Origin: Mustelus asterias
Lineage: Eukaryota
Length of the DNA: 64,000 bases
Reading direction: 5' to 3'
Assembly: GCF_964213995.1 (NCBI RefSeq)
Contig: NC_135808.1
Span: 50,406,001-50,470,000, forward strand
The stretch's first letter is position 1, and each line of letters starts with the position of its first letter. A program made the position numbers and the translations under genes. Below the pieces are notes generated by a model. That model made no database searches. It had not been told where the DNA came from and saw only the letters and a program-made list of their open reading frames with translations. Below, piece after piece: positions 48,130 to 61,556 of this stretch.

Positions 48130-49126
48130 ATGATATGGCGGGACAAGGACAGTGGGGCCCGGGGTCCCTGATACCTGAATATATAATTAAGAAGGACAAA
48201 CTCATTAAACAGATGATAAAAGGGGGATGGGATTTAGACCACCCGCTAGACCAATAATGAAAGTGGTTGGAAAAAGAAAAGAAAGACAGAACAAAGAAAA
48301 TTGGGGTTCTCTAAGTTCACCAATTGGCTGGATTAATTGGACAGGTCGCAGTCTCGAGTAAGAAATGGGCTGACGACAAAGCAAAAATTAAAATGTTGGA
48401 AACACGCAATAGCAAATGAGAGAAGCGGAACCAACTTTTAGAGGACCCTGTCGGGGGATTCTTGCCTCCCTATGGGCCGGCCGTACAACCCACGGCACCA
48501 GTGGGAGACCCTGATGAGGAAGAGGTCCATGATCTCGCTCCCATAACTCGGACCGGGACGTTACAGCATCCCACTGCCCGATATAAAACCTTTACCCCAG
48601 GTGAATGATGACAGATTTTGGCACCCCTGGGAAGGCTCCAGCCAAGGATTAAACAACAAAGGGGTGAAGGAGCCTCTGAATTTGGAGAGCGACTCTTTAG
48701 AGTATACCAAGAACGTTCGGGAATACCCGAACAGATAGAGCCTTTTTACAAGCATTTAAAGATGGGCTATTGCCAGCTCACCAGAAAATCCTTAAAATGG
48801 GAGTTCTCAATACCCAGGCTTATGATGAATTAGTAGAATGGGCATCTGGAATTAGAGATGGACCAGATGAGAAACCATACCCACGAATAAAACAGGAAAC
48901 AGTTAGTGCAAACAGTGGGGGGGCTAAACCCAAGGGTGCGTGCTATAATTGTGGGAAACCGGGTCACTTTGCCAGAGGCTGTAGAGCTCCAAAGGGGGGC
49001 GGTAGAAAAGCCCCAACCTGCCTGTTTTGTAATAAGGTTGGCCACACTGAGGCCACCTGTTGGAGCAAGCACGGCAGACCGAGTCAACTGCTTCGCCCTC
49101 CCCTCATTGACGAGGGAGGGAATTGA
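48130..49126 (+). pseudogene. gag: ERV gag (disrupted) with two CCHC zinc knuckles
   Basis: CYNCGKPGHFARGC and CLFCNKVGHTEATC, a PPY-type motif upstream, and several stops and frameshifts. Confidence 0.8.
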
Positions 49127-52100
49127 CGGGAGGCAGCCCCCACAAGCCTGGGCACAAAAGAGGGTAGAATCTACGTGTCTGCACTAGTAGGGGGAAGGCA
49201 ATGTGAAATGCTGGTGAACACAGGAGCCTCCATATCTATCACTGATCTACCCTTGCCCACCACCAATAAAATGATCTATATAAGGGGTGTTAACGGACAG
49301 AAGACCCCTGCCTACTTAAGTGAAACCACCCTAGTAGAAATTAATAACCTGTATATACCTATGCGATTTTACGTATGTAGAAATAATGAAGGAACTATTA
49401 TGGGAAATGACCTAATGAAGGAATACAAAGTCTGAATAGATTGTGGGAAAGGTGAATTGATTTGGCCCCGCCCCGATGGGAGAAAAGACAGGGTAGGAAC
49501 ATATGTAAACCATTTAGGGACCATCCATGCAGCATCTGCAACGGGATGCGACTGGCATTTAGACGGTTCTGGATTTGGCGCCATCTGCGCCTCCGTCCCC
49601 GGTGTGTGGGCGGAAACGAAACTGGATACTGGATTCGTCAAAATTGACCCTATAATAGTGGTAGGGCCAGAACATAAACCACATCGGCAAAACCCGATTA
49701 AGCCCAAAGCCAAAAAGGCAGTGGAGGAAATTGCGACGGGATTGGTAAAGAGAGGGATCCTACGGGAAACCAGTCGTACCAGCAACTCCCCCACCTGGCC
49801 CGGTGTCTAAACCGGACGGGAGCTATAGATTAACCATTGATTATACAGCTTTAAATAAAGTGACCCCCAAGCTACACCCCATCGTGGCCTCGCCCCTCCA
49901 CCATTTTAAACGGGTTGTCACCATCCCATGGAATCTTCACGGGATTGGATATCGCCAACGGTTTGTCGTCCATTCCCCTGGACCCTAATTCGCAAGATAA
50001 ATTTGCATTTACCGTGGGCGATAAGCAGTGCACATGGACTAGGCTCCCGCAAGGCTTCCATAACAGCCCGGCTATATTTCACCGGGTAATGAGTAAGATA
50101 TTAGAACAGGTGGAAGTCCCAAAAGGGAGCACAATTCTGCAGTATGTAGATGATATCTTAATAGCCTCCGAAACTAGAGCAGAACATCAGACGGTGCTAT
50201 ACTCAGTCTTGAAACACTTAGAAGAACAGGGACTAAAGGCGAGCCCCAGGAAAGCCCAAATAGGGAAAGAGCGGGTGTTATATTTGGGACACCTGATATC
50301 CCAGGGGACCAAAGAAATGCCATTGGACAGGAAAACGGCCATTCAGCAAATGCCAAGACCAGTAACCGTCCGAGGGGTCAGGAAGGTTTTGGGACTGTTT
50401 AACTACAGTTGCAACTTTATACTGGAATTTGCCAGGCGAGCCGAACCAATACAAAGGCTAGTAAAAGGGGGGAAACCCGCTCTTGAGGTTATAGAGTGGG
50501 GATCAGAACAGGAAGATGCATCTCGTAAACTAAAAGCAGAACTAATGACAGCTCCGGGACTTGGACTGCCCAACGCTAATAAAGATTTTCACATCTATTG
50601 TAATAATGAGGGGGGTTTTATTCGGCAGTAGTTACACAGGTCCATGGGGACAAGCAGCGGCCAGTGGGTTATTATTCCACAGCGGAGGGCCCCGCAGTAG
50701 CCGGGTTACCCAGATGTATAGCCGCACTGGATTGAGCGGCATGGGCAGTAAGGGTCAGTGAGCCCATCATAATGACGGGGAATATTGTTTTGCACACCAA
50801 ACATACCTTAGTGGAAATGCTGAACACAGGAAAATTGCGGTCTGTCTCAAATGTGAGAAGGGTAAAGTGGGAGGCAGTGCTTCTCCCACCCACTAAGTCC
50901 ATCACCATTGTACGAGACATGGGAACGAACCCCGCAGAAGGAATGTTAGGTGAAGGGGACCCACACAACTGTGGGGACGTAGATGAGGAGGTAGACGAAG
51001 GTAGAATAAAAGATGTGTCCCTGGAGGCACCAGATATGGTCCTATTTGTGGATGGATCACGGAAATATGTAGATGGGTCACCACGAACAGGATGGGCGGC
51101 AGTGAATGCGGATTTACAAATTGTTCAAGCAGGAAGAATAGAGGGAGGCATGTCAGCACAAGTAGCGGAACTGGTAGCCTTGACTCAGGCTTTTACAGAG
51201 GCTGCGGGGAAAAGGGTCAACATTCACACCGATAGTAGATATGCGTTTGGAGTTATACATGACTATATGACAGTTTGGGGGAGAAGGGGATTTATCACAA
51301 TGGGAGGCACTCCAATTAAACATGGCCAGATAATAACAACCTTATTGGGAGCCAGCGAGCTCCCATCGGAAGCCGCAGTATTGAAGGTAAAAGCACACCA
51401 CAAGGAACCAGATAAGCAAAGTCCTGAGTGGTATATGTTTAAGGGAAACCAGGCAGCCGACAGAGCGGCACGAGCTGCCTTGGAAACAGGGGAAGTGCAG
51501 GCCTTGCCAGCTGCCTCGAGTAAAATCGAAACCCCGATAGACATCTCACAGCTCCATGCTGATACCCCTGAAGAAGAACGTCTGAGGGGGAAAACTCAAA
51601 AGGAGCTACACCTGATGGAGGGGGGTGGATGGAGATTAAATGATAAAGTCCGAGCCCCAGAATGTATCCAGCATACTCTGATGCGGTTACATCATGGGCT
51701 GTCGCATGTGGGGAGGGATGCCACGGTGACCAGTGTGGGGAAGGAATGGTGGTGGAAAGGAATGGGAGGGGACATTGCCCGATATTGTCACCGGTGCATA
51801 ACCTGTGCACAGTATAACCCTGGAAGACCCGTAAAAATCAAGATGGGGCACCAGCCTCGCCCTCAGGGTCCCTGGGAACACCTGCAAGTTGACTTTACAG
51901 GACCTCTCCCGCAGTCACACGGGAGAACCTGCTGCTTGGTAATTATTGACCAATTCACCAGATGGGTAGAAGCATTCCCGACGAAAAATTGTACTGCCAC
52001 TACAGTGGCCAGAATACTAGCTGAGGAAGTTATCCCAAGATGGGGGGTGCCTTTGCAAATAGACTCCGTTCAAGGCACGCACTTTACGGGGAAGGTTGTA

Positions 52101-52718
52101 AAAACCACATGTCAACTGATGGGGATAAGACAGATATTTCACATACCCTACCACCCTCAAAGCTCGGGGATGGTGGAACGTATGAATAGGACACTTACGA
52201 TCTCCTAGGCAAAGGCCATGCAGGAATCAGGAAAGAGATGGACAGAAGTATTACCCGCCATATTAATGGAACTCAGAGCCACCACAAATCGGACCACTGG
52301 GCTGACACCATATGAGCTAATGCCCGGAAGGGCTATGCAACTGCCCGAGTCCATCATTACCGGAGGGACAGATGGAGGCCCATTACGGGACAAGATTAGG
52401 CGATATGTATTAGAATTAAGCTCCCAATTAAAAGATATGCGGAAAAAAGTACGGGACAAACAAATAGCGGTCGATGAGAACAATGAACTAGAACAGACTC
52501 CGGAGATACCCCCGGCAGGCAGCAAGGTTACGGTAAAAACCTTACCCGAAAAACCTGGATTCGCCCCCGAAGGGAAAAGCCCCTATGAGTTTATCATTCG
52601 TGGAGACACCTGTGCCTGTATAGATATGCAAGGCAGAGGTGTCTGGAAACACTGGGCCCAGTTGAAAGAATACACTGGCACCAATCGGAAAACATGTAAT
52701 GGACAACAAAACAGTTAA
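49127..52718 (+). pseudogene. pol: ERV pro-pol (protease, RT, RNase H, integrase), disrupted
   Basis: LVNTGA (DTG to NTG); KPDGSYRLTIDY, RLPQGFHNSP, QYVDD; FVDGS, AQVAELVAL, HTDSRY; HHCC, QVDFTG, YHPQSSGMVERMN. Confidence 0.93.
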
Positions 52719-53944
52719 GAGGGGAGTAAAGGGTTAAACACCAGCCGGCTGAGAGTTTCTCTCTCTCTTGACAAGGGAAAGAGACAGAGAGAGAGAGGGG
52801 TGAAAGTGTGCGATCGAGAGCCACATGTGGTGGAAGAGGGTATCGTAGATCAATGTTTAATAAACTATTCTCCCCAGTTGAAATTTTACAGTCGTGCATT
52901 ACATTACAGCTGAAGAGTTGTAAGGAGAGCTAACCATTTAAGAGAAATAATTAATTATGCGCTCATCTTGAGCTTAAACCGGAGAGTCTGTGAGAAAGTG
53001 TAAACGTCTTAATAAGTAGAGATATTTAAAAAGTGACAAAAATAAATGGATTTTTTGGATCAGGCTTTTGTTACAAAATGTACTCTTGATAGAATTGACA
53101 ATGAAAAGATAAATGGAAAGAATTATTCCTGCGTATTTGAAGTGATGATTAATCACTTGTTTATGTTCAGCTGAGGGAACTTACCCCTCCGGCTCTCTGC
53201 TGAAACGAGCAGAGAACTAATCCATCCTTTCCGCCACAGGAAATTCATGTTATAAGACTTGCAGTAATCTTAAGATATAGAGTCAAAACTTAAGAGAGAA
53301 GGGAGTTACAGAAGGTAGAATGGGAGTGTGTGTGTGTAATGCTGGGAATCATTATACGGCCATAATGCATTCTAATTAAAATGTGTTACACGGATCAACC
53401 ATGAAACTGTATTAAATGCCAGACAGGCTAAAAGGGAGTGCCCGCCTATAATACCAAATTGGCAAATCCATATAATTGAGATAAGAAAATGCTGGGAAAG
53501 TGTTTGTTACAAACTGTTCGAAATTAAAGTGATGAGATTTCTTCAATTTACTTCTGTTTTGAGTTGAATTACAGTTTGGAAAACAGCAGAATAAAAGTGA
53601 CTGTTAATCAACATTCAGTTTTCTTCAATGTTTTATTTTCATCCCAGTTTAAGATGTTAAGTCTGAATAAATGTTGGAAGCTTCCATGTGTATCTGTGTG
53701 TTTAACAACGTGATTGCGTGAATGTTTTGTTGGTGTTCGCTTGAATGTTTTAATGTTGAGAAAGGAGTTAAACCTTGGAAGGACCATGTGCTCTTTCCTT
53801 GTCTTGAAGTTGAAATTATAAGAGTGTAGTTGAGAAGTTAAAAGAAAGGTAACTTTGTGAAAACAAAGAAAAGCAGGAACAAAAGAATAAGATGAATATA
53901 CTGTCTCTGAGTCAGTTTAAAGTGTATCAAATCAGTGAAATGAA

Positions 53945-55460
53945 TTCCTGACACAATATGTGGATAGGCCGACAAGAGGTGAGGCCACATTGGATTTGGT
54001 ACTGGGAAATGAACCAGGCCAAGTGTTAGATTTGGTTGTGGGAGAGCACTTTGGAGATAGTGACCAACAATTCGGTGTCTTTTGTTATTGCAATGGAGAG
54101 GGATAGGGCCATATGGCAGGGCAAGGTTTACAATTGGGGGAGAGGTAATTATGATGCGATTAGGCAAGAATTAGGGGGCATAAGATGGGAACAGAAACTG
54201 TCAGGGAAAGGCACTAATGAAAAGTGGAACTTTTTGAAGGAACAAATACTGGGTGTCCTTGATAGGTATGTCCCTGTCAGGCAGGGAGGAAATGGCCGAG
54301 TGATGTCATATACATGGATTTTAGTAAGGCGTTTGATAAGGTCCCCCATGGTCGGCTTATGATGAAAGTAAGGAGGTGTGGGATAGAGGGAAAGTTGGCC
54401 GATTGGATAGGTAACTGGCTATCTGATCGAAGACAGAGGGTGGTGGTGGATGGAAAATTTTCGGACTGGAGGCAGGTTGCTAGCGGAGTGCCGAAGGGAT
54501 CAGTGCTTGGCCCTCTGCTCTTTGCGATTTTTATTAATGACTTAGAGGAGGGGGCTGAAGGGTGGATCAGTAAATTTGCTGATGACACCAAGATTGGTGG
54601 AGTAGTGGATGAGGTGGAGGGCTGTTGTAGGCTGCAAAGAGACGTAGATAGGATGCAAAGCTGGGCTGAAAAATGGCAAATGGAGTTTAACCCTGATAAA
54701 TGTGAGGTGATTCATTTTTCTAGGACTAATTTAAATGTGGATTACAGGGTCAAAGGTAGGGTTCTGAAGAATGTGGAGGAACAGAGAGATCTTGGGGTCC
54801 ATATCCACAGATCTCTAAAGGTTGCCACTCAAGTGGATAGAGCTGTGAAGAAGGCCTATAGTGTGTTAGCTTTTATTAACAGGGGGTTGGAGTTTAAGAG
54901 CCGTGGGGTTATGCTGCAACTGTACAGGACCTTGGTGAGACCACATTTGGAATATTGTGTGCAGTTCTGGTCACCTCACTATAAGAAGGATGTGGAGACA
55001 CTGGAAAGAGTGCAAAGGAGATTTACCAGGATGCTGCCTGGTTTGGAGGGTAGGTCTTATGAGGAAAGGTTGAGGGAGCTCGGGCTGTTCTCTCTGGAGC
55101 GGAGGAGGCTGAGCGGAGACTTAATAGAGGTTTGTAAAATGATGAAGGGGATAGATAGAGTGAACGTTCAAAGACTATTTCCTCGGGTGGATGGAGCTAT
55201 TACAAGGGGGCATAACTATAGGGTTCATGGTGGGAGATATAGGAAGGATATCAGAGGTAGGTTCTTTACGCAGAGAGTGGTTGGGGTGTGGAATGGACTG
55301 CCTGCAGTGACAGTGGAGTCAGACACTTTAGGAACATTTAAGCGGTTATTGGATAGGCACATGGAGCACACCAGGATGATGGGGAGTGGGATAGCTTGAT
55401 CTTGGTTTCAGATAAAGCTCGGCACAACATTGTGGGCCAAAGGGCCTGTTCTGTGCTGTA
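53945..55460 (+). mobile_element. CR1 LINE fragment with an internal deletion near 54300, inserted in the ERV interior
   Basis: Endonuclease C-terminal region is joined directly to YMDFSKAFDKV. Open RT 54314-55399, then a TGTTCTA tail. Confidence 0.9.
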
Positions 55461-56469
55461 CTGTTCTATGTTCTATGTTTAATCGTAGTTCTGATTACCC
55501 CAAGTTACAGCAGGAGATTAACCTCAGTTGTTAATACAAATAAAGATGTTGTCCTTGAGTATTTTTGAACACCATGAATTGTTGGAACTTGTGTTACCAG
55601 TTAGTTATTTTTAAATGACATGATTAATAATATGAAATTTGTGATGTTCCGATAACATGCAACAAATTACATAATTTAAACCATCTCACATTGATGATAA
55701 TTCTGTAAAATTATATACTGCCGTTGGAATTGCGTGTGCCATCTATTGTTCAAGGTTTTCCAGATGTAAAAACACTGCAAAGCTTAAAACCTAGCCAGCT
55801 TGGAATCAAACCAAAACATTTCTAATCAAGTAACAATTGTTATTGTTATATGTATTGTGCTTGTTATTGTTCTAAAATGCAGGGATTCTGATCTGGAGCA
55901 GTTCAAAAATAAAAACGACTTAAATTAAGAGGGTTTGGATATACCCAAGAGAATCAAATCCTGGAGAGCCTTAACCAATTTTATATGTTGATATATATTG
56001 TGTATTGATACAACATAATTCTGTGGAAGAAAAGGCTATTTATTCCAAACATTTAACCATTCTTTGCCATAATTTGTAATAATTTGCACAATTAACATTA
56101 ACATGAGAGGAAGTGAAACCGGATTACAAGGGAAAGAGAGAGAGAGAGAGAAAGAGTTGGTGACTGGCCTTACAACCAGACTCAAAAATCTTGCAGCATT
56201 CGACTGGACACAACAGATAGCTCATTCGGTTATCTGTGTTTTTAAAGAGCTGTGTCTGGCTCAGTGACCACGGAACACTGTTGTTTACCTCATGAGACAA
56301 TCTGTCTATAGAGGGATCATTTCTGCTCAAACAAATGATCATATTAGATATAATGTAAGATACATCATACAAAGATCGGAGCTGTATAGTATATGATTTT
56401 AAGTACACTAAGCTCTCTATGCAAGGGGGGTATGTAGTTAAATGTATAATGCACTGGCTTTTGTGGCCA

Positions 56470-57340
56470 AAGGTATTGCCCACCATACTAATGAGATTAA
56501 GGGTTGCCACAAACCAAACAACCGGATTAACCCCTTATGAGCTAATGACAGGACAGGCGATGCAATTACTAGAAAGCACCATAACAGGTGGGACTGATGT
56601 AGGTCCACTAAAAGATAAAATCAGGAGATATGTTTTGGAACTAAGCACCCAACTAAAAGGGATGCGTAAATTGGTAAAAGACAATTAGGAGATAAGAGAC
56701 ACAGAGAGAGAGCTTGAAATGCTCCCTGACATCCCAACAGCGGGACGTCCGAGTGAAAACAGTACCTGACAAATCAGGGTTTGTACTAAAATGGGATGGG
56801 CCGTATGAAGTTATAATTAGTGAAGATACCTGTGCCTGCATAGACATAAGGGGGAAAGGTCATTAAACTCAGTTGAAAGAATATGCTGAAACTAATTGGG
56901 AAATTATGTGATATCCTCCCATTGCAGGAATGTACAGACAATAACCAACCTCCAAGCAAGCTGAACTGGTGCGCGGTGTTTCGCGCGGGCGGTAGCCTTT
57001 GGACCGTTGTATAACGGTCGCGCGGGTTATTAGTAAGTGATAAGATGTTTTTCATGTTACTTCTCACGACCCTGGCCCTGTTAGCTATAGTGGGAAAGTA
57101 TAGATGGAATTATGAGAATTTGGGGATGGGACACAGTGAACATCTCTGTGACGATGACTCTGTCTATTGTATGAACACCTTTGTGTATATGTCTTATCTC
57201 TATGCATCACAATCGAATTTGAGCAAGTGCTGGGTCTGTTCACACATTCCCACGCACGGAGGAAAGGGAGGAATTCCTTTATTCCCTATCCCTTTATCAG
57301 CTCCAGATACACAATATCGGGACCTCTCAGGCCAGTTCTG
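56470..57340 (+). pseudogene. env: Second ERV integrase C-terminus followed by an env N-terminal fragment
   Basis: VLPTILMRLR..TTGLTPYELMTG..GPLKDKIRRYVLELSTQLK and KWDGPYEV, then a hydrophobic signal segment and SNLSKCWVCSHIP (gamma-type SU CWxC motif). Confidence 0.75.
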
Positions 57341-58077
57341 ACGTTATCAGTAAAAACAGAACTGTTATACATTTTCTTAATCTGATTCTCCGCCTTACAT
57401 TAGTTTAAAATTAATTTCATTTAATGTCCATATGTTAACATAAATTATTGCCAAATGCCTCAGCTAACCACTTAGTACTTTCCAGCATGATGGTTTCTCA
57501 TTCGTCCATTACAACCGGACATTACTCACTTGTTGGCTAAAGCTATTTCCCTGTTGCCTGGATGCGGTAGATGCTACCGTAAGGGTCAAAGTGGAGGTTC
57601 CTACCAGCTCACTGCCAAGCTGAATAGACATGTGTTGCTGCATCCAGGGTCATGTCTATTCTATGTCTGGGCTGTGAATTGATTTAAACATTATGTTGCA
57701 CAATGTGTTCCCTCATCGGGATCTCCCAGATATGAGTTTGCAAACTAATGGGTTCCCAGGCCTTTGGCTCGAAACATTTTACCTTTCCCACCATACCTTT
57801 CAGTACCTTGCATTGGCCAAAGTGTACAATCACAGTAAAATACTTGAAATACATTTAGAATATCAACTTCTATGTCTTAAAATCATAGTTGTTTTAATTC
57901 TCTTACTGCGCTCACATGTGGGTAAGTTATCATTTAACTCCTTACTGTTCGCTCTGCCAGTGCTTGTACTCTCTAAAAATGAAGTGAAATGTAAAATAAT
58001 CCCTTTCATCTCCCCATGGGGCTTGGTCTCAGATTGTTCTTGTGAAGCACGTGAATACAAGTTGTATTATATTGGCA

Positions 58078-58715
58078 GTTGTGTGTGTGGTGTGTGTGTG
58101 ATGCCTCCCATGTTTGATGAGCTGGGAATTGTGTGTGTGTGTGTGTGTTTTCGTGTGTGTGTGTTTTCGTGTGTGTGTGTTTTCGTGTGTGTGTGTTTTC
58201 GTGTGTGTGTGTGTTTTCGTGTGTGTGTTTTCGTGTGTGTGTGTGTTTTCGTGTGTGTGTGTGTTTTCGTGTGTGTGTGTGCGTCTGGGTGTGTGTGTGT
58301 TTTCGTGTGTCTGGGTGTGTGTGTGTGTGTTTTCGTGTGTGTGTGTGTGTTTTCGTGTGTGTGTGTGTTTTCGTGTGTGTGTGTTTTCGTGTGTGTGTGT
58401 GTGTGTTTTTGTGTGTGTGTGTGTTTTCGTGTGTGTGTGTGTTTTCGTGCGTGTGTGTGTGTGTGCGTCTGGGTGTGTGTGTGTTTTCGTGTGTCTGGGT
58501 GTGTGTGTGTGTTTTCGTGTGTGTGTGTGTTTTGTGTGTGTGTGTACGTCTGTGGGTGTGTGTGTGCGTGTGTGTTTTCGTGTGTGTGTGTGTTCGTATG
58601 TGAGTGTGTGTGTGATGCCACTGTTGTTGATGAGCTGGGAGTTGTGTGTGTTTGTGATGCCTCCTACGATCGATGAGCTAGGAATTGTGTGTGTGTGTGA
58701 TGCCTCCTGTGATTG
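58078..58715. repeat. Compound (GT)n / GTTTTC microsatellite within a degenerate minisatellite
   Basis: Long GTGT tracts punctuated by TTTTC, flanked by repeated GTGATGCC...GATGAGCTGGGAATTGTGTG units. Confidence 0.95.
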
Positions 58716-59267
58716 ATGAGGCAAATGCTTTAGGGGGTAAGGGGGGGTAAGATGGCACGGGGGTGGGTGAGGGTTCGGATGCATTGTGGCTTTGGGTGAG
58801 TTTGAGATTGGGGGATATTGTGAAGGGCAGGTCAGGTCACGGGGTGGTTGGTGTTTTGGTGCTGCCAATCGGTCAGGTGGGTATTCAGGAAGGTGAGGGG
58901 ATCAGACAGGGGACATGTTTCAGTTTTACACTGACCACGGTGTTGGAACTGCTCTGAATCGTTCTAACTTTTCCTGGGTAACTATTCTGGGCAGTAAGTC
59001 AGAAACATCTGAATTCTCCAGATTTCAGTCCGAGATTCAGAGAGTTCCAGACTCAGGGGAATTCCCCATATAGATCCGGGATACGACCATCCGGAGATTG
59101 GAAGTTCTGGGTCAGGAGCTCAGACCAACCAAAGATGAGATAAAGAGGTGGACAATGAGAGTTTGAAAGGATCAAAGTGAGTTGGAGAGGTGGAGGGGGT
59201 TATGGAGGGAATTCCAGAGCTTGGAACCCAGGCAGCTGAAGGCTTGGCCACCAATGGTGGAGACATT

Positions 59268-60572
59268 GGGCCTGATTTTACCATTTTCATTCCAAGTGCT
59301 GAATCTGGGCGCAATTCAGATCCGACTGAGAAATCTGCTTTCAGGCGCCCCCCATACACACCCAGCTTGATTAAAAAAACCGCGGGTCCCATTCGCGGTG
59401 TGTGCGGGGCTTAGCGCGCCCGAAACGATCGGAGCTCTGAACTGCGCATGCGCAGTTGGAAACAAATGTGAAAAAGTGTGCCCAAGTCAGATCGCTCCCG
59501 GACCGCAGAAAGCGGAGAAAGTGGCTCGGGAGCGAAAAGCGGGAGCGTTGGCCCCCACAGACATCACTGTCCCCCTTATCAACCCCCCCCCGCTACCCAG
59601 ACCGATCGTGACTCCTGCCCCCTTCCCCCCCCCCCACCGATCACCCGCAGAGTGGCAGCAGACTCCCCTGCCCCCCTCCCCCACCAGAGATCCATCTGCG
59701 CCCCCCCCTGACCAGTGCCCCCCCCTGACCAGTGAGCGATCGGGCCTCCCCCCCCCCCTCTTCACCAGAGACACATCTTACCCGCCTCCCTCCTCCCCCC
59801 CCATCTCAGCGAATGATCGGGCCTCACTCCCCCCACCCAGAGGAACATCTGACCCGCCTCCTCCTCCCTCCCCACCAGACAATGATCAGCCCTCCCCGCC
59901 CTCCCCACCACCAGACAACGATCGGGCCTCCCTCCACCCCCTCCCCATCTCCCCACCAGAGATACATCTGACCCGCCTCCTCCTCCTTCCACCCCCCCTC
60001 CCCCCCGCCAAACCAGACAACGATCGGGCCTCCCTCCCCCCCACCCCGCCCCCCACTCCCCACCAGAGATACATCTGACCCATGTCCTCCTCCTGCGCCC
60101 CCTCCCCACCCCCCACCCCCAACCAGACAACGATCTGGCCTCACTCCCCTCCCCCCACCCCCCCAACCAGAGAATGTTCTGACCTGCCTTCCTCCTCCCC
60201 CCCACCACCGATCTGAGTCAGGGAGCCGCTGGAAGCTCTGAACTCGCTCTTCAGCAGCTGGAGCGCCCGATTCAGACTTTTATTCAGCATGTCCGTTTCG
60301 GCGCGATTCCGGGTCGGCGAACGTGGCGGTAAAGGGGGAAATGCTGATAAAGGTGGGCGGGCAGTTCATTAATTCAATTAAAATACATGCAAATACATTT
60401 AAATCACCGTTGCGCTCATTTTGGGTGCGAAGCGGATTGCCACCATTCCCGGGTTTCGGTAAAGTAGCCATCTGCGCGGGCGCGGGCGTGGATCGCGTTA
60501 ATGGCCTCACACCCGACTTTACCACGTTTTCCCACCCAAAAACGGGCGCGACGCATTGGTAAAATAGGGCCC
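59268..60572. mobile_element. Non-autonomous DNA transposon, probably PIF/Harbinger
   Basis: 16-bp TIRs GGGCCTGATTTTACCA / TGGTAAAATAGGGCCC, 3-bp TSD ATT on both sides, CpG-rich subterminal regions, C-rich internal repeats and no transposase. Confidence 0.8.
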
Positions 60573-61556
60573 ATTATGATCAGGAATGTACGAGAGGCCA
60601 GGATTAGAGGAACACAGATATCTCGAAGGGTTGTGGGGCTGGAGGAGATTCCAGAGAGAGGGAGGGAGTGAGGACATGGAGGGATTTGAAAACAAGGATG
60701 AGAAGTTTAAAATCAAGACATTGCTTGATCAGGAGTCAGTGTAGGCCAGTGAGCACAGGGGGTGATAGGGGAACGGGACTTGGTGTGAGTTCAGACTGGG
60801 ACAGCAGAGTTTGGGATGAGCTGATGTGTGCGGAGGGTGGAATGTGGGAGAACGGCAAGGAGTGTATTGGGATAGTCACGTCTAGAGGAACAAAGGCTTT
60901 TTCAGCAGCAGATGGACCGAGAACAGCAGGTCGCTCTCATGGACAAGATGAGCTCAGAGAAGCCATGAGGGGGGATTGGAGAGAAACTAGAGAAAGATGT
61001 GAGTTCAGGGCTCGGGCGGGGGAGGTAGAATTAGAGGATGTTTGTCCAGATGGTGAGAGGAAGGAAGGGACGTGGCAGAGGCAGCTGATTGGATTGTCTC
61101 AATCTTAGTCACAAAGACCTCGGTGAGATCCTCACACTTGTTGCTGGAGGTGAGGGGGGAGGGGACAGGGGAGAGGGGTTTAAGAAGTTGGTCTGCAGTT
61201 GGGTAAAGAAGGCGGAGCTTATCTTCTCATTCCAGGATGATCCTGGAATAGTCAGCAGTTTTAGCAGATGAGAGTAGGAGCCGGAAGTGTTTGAAGTGCT
61301 CCAGCCAGATCAGCCAGTGGATGGATGAACCAGTTGTCCACCAGATCCTTTCAAGTCTGTGTCCCTGGGATGAAGTGAGTGGAGATGAGGCCGGAGCAGG
61401 GGGAACGGCCGGGGGGAGAGGGAATCATGGTTTTATTGGGGATTAGGATATCAAAGGTGGGGGTGAGGGGGAGCCAATCAGTCGCTGCAGAAATGTTGTG
61501 GTGATCGGAGGGCCAGAGACTCGATAGTTGGGATTTGGAAAGTGCGGTTGTAATTG

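Noticed and set aside
57693-58868. Long Cys/Val-rich and His/Thr-rich ORFs
   Set aside because: Translations of the (GT)n compound microsatellite, open in several frames on both strands.
59398-60208. Proline-rich and glycine-rich ORFs
   Set aside because: Low-complexity C-rich repeats inside the TIR-bounded element.
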